Shown here: positions 43,452 through 56,700 of the stretch, piece by piece | Layout of the letters: the number at the start of each line of letters is the position of its first letter | Numbering within the stretch: the first letter of the stretch is position 1 | Origin: Amoebidium appalachense | Taxonomy: Eukaryota; Protista; Ichthyosporea | NCBI GenBank assembly: GCA_963693365.1 | Contig: CAVNZM010000001.1 | Span: forward strand, 1,371,327-1,435,326 | Direction of reading: 5' to 3' | Length of the DNA: 64,000 nucleotides | Position numbers and translations under genes: made by a program | The notes under the pieces: model-generated | What the model was told of the DNA's origin: nothing | The model's database searches: none | What the model saw: only the letters and a program-made list of their open reading frames with translations

Positions 43452-44683
43452 TGTCATCTTCACTTGATTCTCAGCAAGACTTAGAAGTTGAGTTTTGTAT
43501 TTGTTTATTAGTTTGTTGTAGTTTGTTTAATTTTCCTTTCTTCCTTTCTTTCTTTCCTTTCTGTTTCCGTGTACACCGATATCTTAGATCTGTGTACGCA
43601 TCGACATACTTAGCTCGCGCACACGTATTGTCGTTTGTGTCAAATCTATATATGTCATCCAATCAAATCTCGTTTGTATTTTCCCAAATATAGTAACTTA
43701 CATTCCTTTCCCTTTCCTTTCTCACGACGTAGCATTGTGCTACTAGTATGTTCTCCAACTATTAGGAATAATTATATTTAGACGTGTTATGTTAAGAACA
43801 TGTATAAATGTATGTTGTGAACTAATAGTTACATAAGTGGTTTCATTTTGTTAAATGTTTCCGTGCTTTTATTAGAAGTTTCTTTCATTAGAGGATTGAG
43901 TTTTATATTCTATGTGTCGACAGACATTTCGATCGATATATTTTTACACTCATAGTTTTCGTCTTTCTGATTGGAAAATAGAGTTTTCGTTCTTTTGATT
44001 GGTTTATCGTTTTCACATTCCCAAGTATAAAAGGGACTTCATCTTGGAATAAATATCAAGCAGTCGTATTCATTTCCTATGGTTCCAGAAATCGTTCCAC
44101 CTCTCCGGTTGTGTTTGTCCCGTGTGTCTCTGTGTTGTGTATAACATAACACCCATCTGTGCTCTCTGCTTCTCCGTTTACCCACACAAAACAACAGGTT
44201 TACGGCCCCTTTGCACGCTAACACACAATCTCGTTACAACCGCGAAATTTCTCAGTCTTACTGCTTCAATCATGACTGACAAACAGTCGTATATCAACCT
44301 TCCAATATGGAATCCGTCCGAGAAAAGAGACGAGAAACGTCTTAATTATTTCGAGTGGGAGCCACTCATACACCGGTTCATTAGAACAACCATTGCCGAG
44401 AAATTCGTTGACGCTATCAAGAGGCCACAGTGGGTTGACGGCACTGAAGCCAACCAGTGGCTAGGCTATGCCACCAAGGACTCCTACAAGAAAGCTTCCG
44501 ACGTCCTCGACCAGATCCTCAACCAGTCCGTCCATCCGACCGAGCTCTACGACTCCGGCCGGATGCAAGACGGTGTCCATGGTGGAGAAGTCTTCCACAA
44601 ACTACGTATGGCGTATGTGGCAGAGAAGGAGGCCCGAGTCACCCAGATTCAAGTCACCTACGAGGAGCTTGAACTACGAGACT
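43452..44683 (+). mobile_element. 5' LTR (43452-44196), PBS-like GGTTTACGGCCC..GCACGCT, and truncated gag (ATG 44272)
   Basis: Same LTR family as 42030, followed by an open gag-like frame cut by the next LTR. Confidence 0.8.
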
Positions 44684-45617
44684 TGTTAAATTATATAAGT
44701 ATTTGGGATGAAAGCAGAGACACAGTGGTGCAGTGTAAAAACACCACAGACACGCACAACAACAAAACACGGAACGATCGGAGCAGTGTACACAACAGAC
44801 ATCAATGTTTAGACACGACTGAACAGAATTTATTCTGATCTTCGAATAAATACCTGAAATTCCTCTAAGTCCAATCCATACATGATTTCCGACCAGTCGG
44901 AACTCAGATCTATCTCTAATAGAAACCAATCACTAAGAACCAATTGCTTTCAGAGAGATCCGGTACGCGGAGACGTACACGATAGGACACAGACACTAGT
45001 TAAGATCAACTCGTGTCATCATCAAGGAAGTTCTAACCTATGACATACTGCAAAGACTCAGACATATCACACTTAACCTTGATGATTGGTTAAAGCCCGG
45101 CAACACATGAAAACTAAAGTGAATTAATGAAGTCTAAACACACATGCTATTCTAAGTGTAGCCTAAGTGTGTTACCGTCCAATGAACACGTATTAAGTAA
45201 CACAAATCTACCTAACATATATTAGTAGAAAAGAAATACGATTATACACATGAAGACAAGGAGAGAAAGAAAAGAAAATAAGGAAGGAGAAAGAGAAAGG
45301 AAAAGAGAGCACAGATCAACAAACAAGATAGTAATAGCATAACTATAACCAGAGATATTTATGTACACACGAACATGTACACACATGAGTGTGTACACCC
45401 TGAGTGGGTGGATCCGTGTACACACATATAAATATTCTAATCGATATTACAACACACGATTAAAGCCGATACAACACGATTACAAGTATACAAGCATATC
45501 GGAGATCGATGCTACACTTTACATAATAGGAGTGTGGCATATACACTAAGCATATGAACTGAAACATAACACAAACTGAGAAGATCTTACCATATGTAAA
45601 TACTACGTATTACAACA
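44684..45617 (-). mobile_element. Full-length copia LTR (TGTTGTAAT...TTTAACA)
   Basis: Homologous to 40158-40971 and, inverted, to 45710-46427. Confidence 0.9.
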
Positions 45618-45709
45618 GTCGTTCGTTACCTGCTCGGCACCATCAACCTCGGCCTCTACTACAAGAAGAAGGCCCCCAACCTCGGCCTCTACTACAAGAA
45701 GAAGGCCCC
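45618..45709 (+). pseudogene. copia RT/RH junction fragment (VVRYLLGTINLG) with a 33-bp tandem duplication
   Basis: Continues the reading of copia D but on the opposite strand. Confidence 0.75.
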
Positions 45710-48077
45710 CACCCACTCAGGGAGAGACGTGTACATGTTCGTGTGTACATAAATATCTCTGGTTATAGTTATGCTATTACCATCTTGTTTGTTGATCTGT
45801 GCTCTCTTTTCCTTCCTCTTTCTCCTTCCTTATTTTCTTTTCTTTCTCTCCTTGTCTTCATGTGTATAATCGTATTTCTTTTCTACTAATATATGTTAGG
45901 TAGATTTGTGTTACTTAATGCTTGTTCATTGGACGGTAACACACTTAGGCTACACTTAGAATAGCATGTGTGTTTAGACTTCATTAGTTTACTTTAGTTT
46001 TCATGTGTTGCCGGGCTTTAACCAATCATCAAGGTTGAGTGTGATATGTCTGAGTCTTTGCAGTATGTCATAGGTTAGAACTTCCTTGATGATGACACGA
46101 GTTGATCTTAACTAGTGTATGTGTCCTATCGTGTACGTCTCCGCGTACCGGATCTCTCTGAAAGCAATTGGTTCTTAGTGATTGGTTTCTATTAGAGATA
46201 GATCTGATTTCCGACTGGTCGGAAATCATGTATGGATTGGACTTAGAGGAATTTCAGGTATTTATTCGAAGATCAGAATAAATTCAGTTCAGTCGTGTCT
46301 AAACATTGATGTCTGTTGTGTACACTGCTCCGATCGTTCCGTGTTTTGTTGTTGTGTGTGTCTGTGGTGTTTTTACACTGCACCACTGTGTCTCTGCTTT
46401 CATCCCAAATACTTATACAATTTAACAGGTTATGGGCCCAGCACGCTTCCACTGCGCACATCTAGAACTAGCGATCGTTTTTCAATCATGGATCCAAACA
46501 AAACTGGTGTAAACAAAATAACCATGGATCTTCCTCGCCGTGACTTACGCAACCGACTTGACCGTACCCCTGGCACGGACCTCCGAACTCGTCTCTCCCG
46601 TCAGCACACCCGATCCCGTTCCCCCCACCGGCCTGCCTTCCGGTCCACGTCTCGTTCCCCCAGTCGTTCCCGTTTCTCGGGTTCCCGTCGTTCTGATTCC
46701 CCGGCTCGTTCTAACAACCCGTCCGTGAATGCATGCTCCTACTGCCACGAGCCTGATCACACGATCATCGATTGCCCCGAGCCGAAATGCCGTATGTCCA
46801 GACACAACCGTTCCCGTCAAGGCAGTGAGAAATCTGTCTCCTTTGCCTTCTCGGCATACAATGCTAGCTCCGTCCCCGTGTCCTCCGACCCTGCCTGGGA
46901 TTCCGGGTGCAACATGACTGTCTGCCCCACCCGTGAGTTCTTCCATGACCTCACTCCCCTTCCGACACCGACTCCCGTTGCTGCCTTCAATGGCACCCCC
47001 GTCTTGGCCACCCACACCGGCCATGTCGTCATCAACACCACCACCGACCATGGCACTGCCACCCTTACCATTGAAGCCTACTACACCCCGTCTGGCCAAG
47101 CCTTCCTCATTTCAACATCCCAAGCTGCTGCCGAATACATCAAGGGTGATTTGAATGATGCCTCCACTCCGTCATTCCTCTTCGACCGACTCACCCGGGC
47201 CGTCATCTCGTCAACCTCCGTCTACACAACGGTCTGTATTACTTCAAGGACTACACCATTCAACCACCCACTTGTCCTGTGGCTCTGGCTGCCACTACCA
47301 GTGTTAATCCATCCATCTGGCACCATCGTCTGGGGCACCGTGCTATGACCAGCATCAAGGACATGGTGAAACACGACATTGTTATTGGTCTTCCCTCGTC
47401 TGTCCTCGACTGTGATGTTCCTGATTGTCATGGCTGCATTATGGGTAAAACCACCAAGGCTCCGTTCAAGGGTGACCGTCCTCACTCCAACATCCCCGGT
47501 CATGAATGGCATTGGGATTTTTTTGAGCCTACCACAACATCGTACGGAGGTTCCAAGGTTGCTCTCGTCACTGTCTGCCGTGCCTCTGGACTCGTCAAGA
47601 TCTACCCGATGGCCGACCGTACAACCACCCTGGACATTCTCACAGCTCACACCAACCTCGTTGCTACCCATGCCCCCTCCAAAGTTGGTGTCTACCACTT
47701 CGACTCCGGCTCTGAGTTCACCTCCAAGGCTACCCGTGCTTTTTGCCTCTCCCAGGGCATCAAGGCCAGCTATGCTCCGGTGGACTGCCCTCAACTGAAC
47801 GGCTATGTTGAACGTCGTATGCGGTTCCTCCAAGAGATTGTTCGTTCCCTCCTCCATCAAGTCCAAGATCAGTCTCTGTCCCCCAAACTGTGGGCTGAGG
47901 CCCTCCAACATGCCGCCTACATCATCAACGTCACCCGTTCAGTCGTGTCTAAACATTGATGTCTGTTGTGTACACTGCTCCGATCGTTCCGTGTTTTGTT
48001 GTTGTGTGTGTCTGTGGTGTTTTTACACTACACCACTGTGTCTCTTCTTTCATCCCAAATACTTATACAATTTAACA
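45710..48077 (+). mobile_element. copia C deletion derivative: partial 5' LTR to 46427, PBS, gag (ATG 46488, in-frame capsid deletion), PR, partial IN, LTR U5 end (47936-48077)
   Basis: Similar to copia A; ITM|DLPRR deletion junction; no RT/RH. Confidence 0.88.
46428..46457 (+). promoter_or_regulatory. Primer-binding site complementary to the 5' half of tRNA-iMet
   Basis: GGTTATGGGCCCAGCACGCTTCCACTGCGC is the reverse complement of the conserved iMet D-arm/anticodon arm GCGCAGTGGAAGCGTGCTGGGCCCATAACC. Confidence 0.9.
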
Positions 48078-51000
48078 ACGACACGGAGGAGAAGCTCCCA
48101 GGCAGTCTTGGTGGGCTTGGAGCTGAATCGGCCGAGGTAGCCAATGGCATACGAGATGTCAGGCCGGGAGCACCGAGCAACCCACAGCAGACGGCCGAGG
48201 AGTTCACGGTAGGGGACGGTGGTGGGCAGGGATGAGAGCGAGGTCTCGTTGATGATGGTGCCCACGGGAATAGGGGTGGCCTTAGGCTTGGCATCGACCA
48301 GGTTGAAGTCGGTGATGATGTCCTTGATGTAGGAGGACTGCAGCAGCTTGAGGGAGTCACGGGTGTACAGCAGTTGGGTGCCGAGGAAGATGTCTGGCAG
48401 ACCGACCTTGCACTCGGCAGACTTCGTGATGTGACGAACAAGCTCCTGCATGATGGTGGAGTGCCGTGTGCAGGTGATGATGGCATCATCAACGTAGTTG
48501 CCCGAACGGATGATGTGCCCGTTGGGGAACCGACGGAAGTAGACACACTGATCGGAACGGAGACGGGTGAGGCCGTGGGCAATGAGAATGGAGTTGAAGA
48601 ACTCGTACCATGCCAGGGATGCCTGCTTGAGTCCGTAGATGGCCTTCTTGAGTTTCCAGACTTTGTGTTCATTGCCAGGGAGGATAAAACCAGGAGGTTG
48701 CTCCATGTACAAAGTCTCGTCGAGGGGGCTGTTGAGGAAGGCCGTGCTGATGTCGAGTTGATGGATCTCGTGGTCCTGTTGCACACCGAGGGCAAGCAGG
48801 GCACGGACGGAGGAGGACTTGACGACGGGGGAAGAGTTGTCACCGTAGTCAACACCGTAGACTTGGGTGAAACCCTTGGCCACACCACGACCCTTGATCT
48901 TGGTGTCACCAGCAGAGTTGAGGACCTTCTCCGTGACAATCCACTTGAATCGGATGATGTTGGCATCGCAGGGGGGCTCAACTACGTCGAAGATGTCCTT
49001 GTCGATGAAAGCCTTGTACTCGGCAGTGAGGGCAATCACCACTTCATCACCCTTGGTGCCGGAGCACAGCTTCTGAATTGACCGGGGCAGCCCGGACACA
49101 TCAAGGCTGGGTCGGGAGATGCTCACCATAGCCATAGATGGCCGGGAGGAGAGACGGGAGGAACGACGGGGGACGGTACGGAGGGGCTCAGGGGCCGGGG
49201 GGGTGTCTGGGACAGACACTCGGTGGTCGGGGATGGGGGCCTGGAAGCCAGGGATGGGTGCCGTGTTGAGGGGGGAGTCGGATAACACGGGGCTGGACGG
49301 GGCCGAGTGGAACTCCGGAGACCCAGGACGAACCGGGGTGAGATGACCAGGTACGTGGTCATTGACGGCAGGGGCCGGCAGCAGGGGTTGCTGGCCGGTG
49401 GAGGGGGGGGTGGGTGGAGCCACGGGGCAGGTACACGACGGGGGGGAACGACGGATAATCACCGACGGAATTTCATCGTCATCGGAATTGGAATTTCCGG
49501 AATGCAGGGATGGATCGATTGAGGTCGTCTGATTGGTGGCCTGCACAGAAATCTGATTGGATGCCGTGGTGAATTGTGATTCGTCGAAGACGACATCGCG
49601 GTAGAGGTTGACCGTGTTGTCACGTAGATTCATGATCTTGTGGGCTTTGTTGGTGATATCCCAGCCCACGTAGGTGCCGAGTTTGACGGTAGAGGCCAAC
49701 TTGTCTCGTTTGGATGCAGGGACGTGTACGTAGGCTGGGCAGCCGAACACGTGCAGGTGGGAGATGTCAGGCTTGACACCGTAAATAATTTCAAACGGTC
49801 TACGGCCATTGGCAGCTCTGGCCGGGGTCACGTTGATGATGTAGGCAGCATGCTTGAGAGCAGCTCCCCACAGCTTGGGGGAAAGGGAGTCGGCCTTGTC
49901 CTGGTGAAGGAAGCACCGAACGATCTCCTGCAGATCCCTCATCTTACGTTCAACGAAGCCGTTGAGTTGGGGGCAGTCAACCGGGGCAAATTCCTGAATG
50001 ATGCCCTTGGACTGGCAGTACTGCTCCATAGCGTGGGAGGTGAACTCGGACCCAGAGTCTGAACGGAAGTGGGTCACCACCTTGTCGGGTTGCTTGTCAG
50101 TAGTCTCAACCAGGGCCTTGACGTATTCGAGAGTTTCGGATCGATCACGGAGGATGACATATACTAATCCGTCTCAGCAGATTAGCCTAAGTCAACGATC
50201 GAGATCGGGGGGGGGGGGGGGGGGGGGTGGCCCGGGTCCACAGATCATCAAGATCAAGTCCGGGGCATCAAGATAGCTGTACAGCTGCGTGCATCTTGCC
50301 TCTGCCGGCGCAGGGCATTGGACCACGTCAGCCGGGATAGCCGACCAATAGAATTCTAATTAGTGTGTAGGATAGATCGTAGGAGGACTTAGGAATGTGA
50401 TTGTTCGGGCAGAAGCCCTTTTGTAAGTATTGGCAAGGTTTGATAGTGTATGTTGCCAAACGTATTTATATATTTAGATGTAGAGGAAAAGGGGGGAGGG
50501 AGGGGGGGGAGGATAGTATGAAATGTATATTTAGACTCTGCGGTGCCACTAGGGGGAGGGTGAGGGGTGAGACATGGATAAATATATTGGTTTGAGTAGA
50601 TCAACTTAGCTCGTGCAGGCGCACGATAAAAGTAGATCGGAATGTTTGGAATGTGGCATCGTAGGGGGCCAGGTGATGATGATCTTTGAGGGCACGGCCT
50701 TGATGGCCTCAGTTGTGACTTAGCCTCATTCCGTACGGATCTAAGTTTGCCCGTCGGAGCCTGGTCTAAATAAACTTTACCGTTTTTCCGTACACGTTCG
50801 TTCCTTTTCGTGTGTGTACACTTAGTAGAGTGCCGCGTCTCTAGTACATATACATTAGGATACGACAGAGGAGGTACACGATGGTGTAGCCGGAGGCATC
50901 ACAGGTACACACGAGGGCCACCTTGTAGCCACCATAGGAGGCACAGGGAGGCTCGAAGAAGTCCATGTGCCACTTGGCACCGGGGAAGGGGCACTGGGTT

Positions 51001-52125
51001 CTGGTGCCGGAGAATGGGGCCTTGGTGGTCTTGCCGGAGACACAACCGAAGCAGTCAGTGGTGTCAGCCACTGAGAGGGATGAGGGGACTGAGGCCTGTC
51101 ACGAGGTCACCTCTCACCATCTTGGTGAGGGTGGACAGGGCACGATGGCCAAGACGGTGGTGCCAGGGCTGAGGATCATTGTTGACCTTGACGTTGGCTA
51201 CCAGAGCAGTGACGGTCCGAGGGATGGAGGGACGTATCTCATAGTCGGTGATGAAGTACAGTCCATCTGTGCCTGTGAGGGAACACACGATGTTGCCACC
51301 ACGAGTGTAGAGGTAGGATGGGAATTCATCCTCATCATCGAGGTGGGCAAGGAGACCCGACTTGGAGGCCATTGAGGGTGAAATCAGGAAGGCTGGGGAG
51401 TCGGGTACGTAGAGGGTGTTGAGGCTCAGTACTGATGTTACTCCGTTGTAGGTGACGGCCAGGTTGTTGACACCACGGTGATGTGCAGTGACGATGCCGA
51501 GGCCGTGGACGTCAGTCGGGGGGCATGGCTCAAGAGTAGAGAAGTACTCCTTTACTGGGCACACGTGGACGTTTGAAGCCGAGTCCCAGCAGGGGTCCAT
51601 GGGTAGGGAGGCCGTGGTGGACACGAGGGCAAAATGCACCTCTTTGCCAGACTTGGTGCTGGCACGGTGACGACGGGCAATTGAGCAGCCAGGTTTGTCA
51701 CACTGTGTGACATGATGGTCTTCGTGACAGTAGGCACAGTCGAGGGAGCCAGTGGTCTTGGCTCGGGGTGGCTGGGAATGACGGTTACCCCCTTTACGTG
51801 GGGGGTAGGGTGACCGGGAACGATAGCCGGGGGAACGGGACCGGGAGTAATCACGGTCAACTGAGGGGGATCGATCGGTGGGACGACCACGGGGGTGACG
51901 GGAGACGGAGCTGTCAGGTCGGGGGATCCGGTGTCTGAGGTCGTCCTTGGTGAGGACACGGCTTTGCAGGGCACGTGCTGTTCGGACAGTGGAGGAGGAC
52001 CCGGACCCAGAGTCGATGAGACCTTCACGGATCTCTGCAGCTCGGATGTCACTGATTAGACGGTTGTAGGTCTCGTAGTTGATGGTACGACGGAAGTAGT
52101 CGGCAATCATGGCCTGGATGTCGGT
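48078..52125 (-). mobile_element. copia D internal region (gag knuckle, PR, IN, RT), both ends lost
   Basis: CAYCHEDHHVTQC, WDSAS, WHHRLGH, SDSGSEF, QLDISTAFLN, YVDD. Confidence 0.9.
50155..50867 (+). mobile_element. Solo LTR (TGACATATAC...GATACGACA) with TSD GAGGA
   Basis: GAGGA at 50150-50154 and 50868-50872; interrupts the copia D integrase. Confidence 0.92.
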
Positions 52126-52143
52126 ACGCGCACACACACACAC

Positions 52144-52192
<49 letters not shown>

Positions 52193-52224
52193 CCAGCTGA
52201 TACCGAGTGTCCCGAGGGGAGCCC

Positions 52225-52268
<44 letters not shown>

Positions 52269-53369
52269 GGGGAACCCCAACTAATTGATTTCTCCTTGTA
52301 GTCTTTATGGTGTCTCGTAGAGAAAGTAAACCCTGATATATAGTCACCACCCGACATCTATGTACGTGATCATGATATACCGCTGAGGGGATATTCCGAG
52401 CAAAACCCCCCCCCATACCCGAGACTGGTTCTCTTTGCCTCGAGTAAACAGCGTAAACCCCCTAGAACATATCTACGTTAAACTTAGCCATGGTGTTGTG
52501 TGTGCCCTATTGTCTTGTGTGGTTGTTTTGTGTTTGTTTTTTGTTTGTTTTTTTTCCTCGTTGTTTTTCTAAGGTGTAGCAAAAGCCCAGAAGGATCTGT
52601 CACCGTGTGTAACTAGCGCGAAAAACCGCACTAAAAAGAAAAGGGTGTAGCTTGTCGTATCCTAACGTGTATGTATTAAGAGACGCGGCACTCTTCTAAA
52701 TGTACACACATGGAAAGGAACGAACGTGTACGAAAAACAGTAAAGTTTATTACTAGGCCAGGCTCCGACGGGCAACCTGAGATCCATACGGAACCAAGCT
52801 AAGTCACAACTGCGGCCATCAAGGCCGTGCCCTCAAAGATCATCATCACCTGGCCCCCCCACGATGCCACATTCCATACATTCCGATCTAAGGAACTCTA
52901 TCGTCGGCCTGCACGAGCTAAGTCTATCGGCTCACACTAATATAAATATCATTGTCTCTCCCCTCTCCCTTCCCGGAGTGGCACCGCAGAGTCTAAATCT
53001 ACATTTCATACTATCTCCCCCCCCTCCCCCCCTCTACTCTTTCCTGTACTACAATACATACATTTGGCAGACAGCACTATCTGAACTTGCCAAAATTTAC
53101 AAGGGCTTCTGCTTGAACTTATTACATTCCAAAGTACTCCTACGATCTATCCTATACACTATTTCTAACCCTATTGGTCGGCTGCTCCAGCTGACGTGGT
53201 CCTGCCCTGCGCCAGCAGAGACAAGATGCCCGCAGCTGTACAGCTGATCTTGAGGCTCCGGACTTGATCTTGATGATCCGTGGACCCGGGCCACCCCCCC
53301 CTCCCCCCCCCCCCCCCGATCTTGATCGAAGACTTAGGATGATCTGCTGAGACGGATTAGTATATGTCA
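52126..53369 (-). mobile_element. 5' LTR (53369-52653, same family as 50155), PBS-position AGCTACACCC, and non-coding leader fragment
   Basis: Inverted homology to 50155-50867. Confidence 0.8.
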
Positions 53370-54034
53370 CCAGACTGGAGGGCACAGGCATCCCACTGAC
53401 GGTGAAGGATGCGGATCTGATCGGGTTTGCCCTGGAGGTAGTGTTGACGGAATTTCCACATGGCCCGTTCAGGGTCCATGTCAATGCGGTGCTGGGCGAC
53501 GGTAGTGAGCACAGAAGGGTCAATGTTCTGGATCATATGAAGGAGGAGGCATTGGCGGGCCTCCTTGAGTTCAGCAGCAGTATCGTAGCCGTAGAAGGGG
53601 GGTGCATCGTCAACCGCGACCGTGGTAGGGGGGACGTAGTTATCAGCGAGAACAACATCCACTAGTTTGACACCTTTGGTGCCGGTCATGATGCCGAGAA
53701 AGATTATTTATCATTGAAAGTAGGTGGTCTTACTATCGGGACCAGTTTTGCTTTCACCTTTCCACATGGTGGTTTTGTTTACGCCAGATTTGGTGGGATC
53801 CATGATTGAAAACGATCGCTAGTGGTAAGTGTGTATATGTAGCGTGTGCGGAAGCCCATAACCTGTAATTCTATATAAGTATTTGGGACTGGGAAGGAGA
53901 GCAGAGACACGGTGGTGCAGTGTAAAAACACCACAGACACACAACAACAAAAACACGGAACGATCGGAGCAGTGTACACAACAGACATCAATGTTTAGAG
54001 ACGACTGAACTAAATTTATTTCGATCTCGTTTAT
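53370..54034 (-). mobile_element. copia 5' fragment: LTR U5 end, PBS GGTTATGGGC, gag N-terminus (ATG 53803, premature stop)
   Basis: Homologous to copia A 34760-35340. Confidence 0.85.
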
Positions 54035-54081
54035 TGTTGTTTTGTACGGGTATAAGGGGGCAGAGTGCACAGAGGTGTCAT

Positions 54082-55078
<997 letters not shown>

Positions 55079-56290
55079 GTGAGGGGCAGGGCAGCTAGAG
55101 TGACGTTGACACCTCGGGCCTGTACATCCGTCTTGGAGGTTGGCAGGTGGAGGGTGGCATGGGACAAAGTACCGGTGGGGGTGTAGCTGAAGGTCATGTC
55201 CTTCTGTTTAACGTGACGGCACGGGTCGAAGGAAGTTAGGGTTTTGGAGGTAAATTCCCCCAAACGGAGGAGACCACAGAAACCGACGATGAGGGCCGTC
55301 CATAGCCGTCGAGTGGCCGAGGAGGCCTTGGTGGGGCACTGGCTATGGAGTAGGCTGAGGTGGGAGGGCAGGAGGGGCTCCCTGATGGATGATCGGGGTC
55401 GGATGTTGTGAGAAAGCTGCCATCTGCCCACCCCTCGGAGGAACCAGGCCAGAGACTTGTCGTGGGGGTAGGGAGCAGGGAGGCCCATGTCGAGGTGGAG
55501 TCTGGTGATGGCCGAATTGTAGCCGGCCAAGGAAGAGGCCTGTACCCCTCGTTGGGCACACCAGGCGAGAAAAAGCTGCACGGTGTGGGGGGAGGTCGGG
55601 AGGGAGGACCCGGCGGAGGATTGCAGCCGAGATGCCATACAAAAATCGATGAACACTTTTGCACCCGGGAGTAAAAGGCCCGAGAGTCGAGGTTGAGACT
55701 CAGGGCCTGGCATTCCTGCAGGGTAGTGGTGGCACGAAGCAGCTCGGCCGGAGCAAAGTGGGGAGCCAATCTGCCAGCGTTGCTCCGGAAGGGGAGATTT
55801 GGGGGGGGGGGGGGGGGTGAGCCCAGGGGATGGGATAGGAACTTGTGGACCCAGGAGGGGAAGGGGCAGGGCTCCGGTTGCAGGTAAGGTCGGAGTCGTC
55901 GGGCCCGGGGAAGTTGGTTACGAGAAATGGCATCGGCTAGAGGGTTGAGGGGTCCCGGTACGTAGGAGGCCTGTAACGTAAATTGGTATTTCATTTCCAT
56001 GCGGGTGGTGAACCGAAGAAGTTTGGCCATCACAGGGTGGGGGGAAGACCGGGAGTGCAGGTCTAGGTTGGGGCCCACCCGAGAGGTGGAGGGGCCGCGA
56101 TAGCCGATGTTGACACCGAATTCGACATCGTGGAGGCGCTGCGCGGCGAATGATTGGTCTGGGTAGGGGGCCAGCAGCTCCCGGAGGCGGGAGGTGTCAA
56201 CGTGGTGCTGGGGCAGCGGGCGGGTCGCCGGGTCTGAGACTCGGGGGAAGGGGTGGTTAGCAAGGGTGGGCACCTTCGGGGAGATCCCTG

Positions 56291-56345
<55 letters not shown>

Positions 56346-56412
56346 CAGGGCCCCGGGGGGTTAGAGTAGGGCAGCTGGGCTCGAGGGAGGGTTTGCAGGG
56401 AGGGCAGCGGGG

Positions 56413-56700
56413 TTTTGGATTTTGTCCTGGTGCAGAGACTAGCGATCTTGCTGGCCTTGAGATCACAACCTAACCACTGCCGATGGTTGTGATGACGCCA
56501 GTAAAGGCGTGCTGGATTTTACCCCACGAGAAGAGGATGAGATAAAATGATCCCGACGGGATTTGAACCCACGACCCCTCTTTCTCCGGTCGAGTGCTCT
56601 ACCAACTGAGCTACGAGATCGGTTAAGATCTCGCAGGCCACCAGCCAGATCATGATCTGATTCATGCAATCGGACTGGATAACGATACCATCTTCCAACA
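56413..56700 (-). mobile_element. Solo LTR of tRNA-containing TRIM, TSD CGGGG
   Basis: CGGGG at 56408-56412 and 56701-56705; the empty site is visible in YR copies 1-3. Confidence 0.93.
56548..56620 (-). tRNA. tRNA-like sequence in TRIM solo LTR (more degenerate)
   Basis: A box TAGCTCAGTTGG, B box GGTTCAAATCC, 7-bp acceptor stem; weak anticodon stem. Confidence 0.7.

Noticed and set aside
44122-47348. Long ORFs 44122-44838 and 46182-47348 as novel genes
   Set aside because: Chimeric read-through of LTR sequence into gag fragments across insertion junctions.
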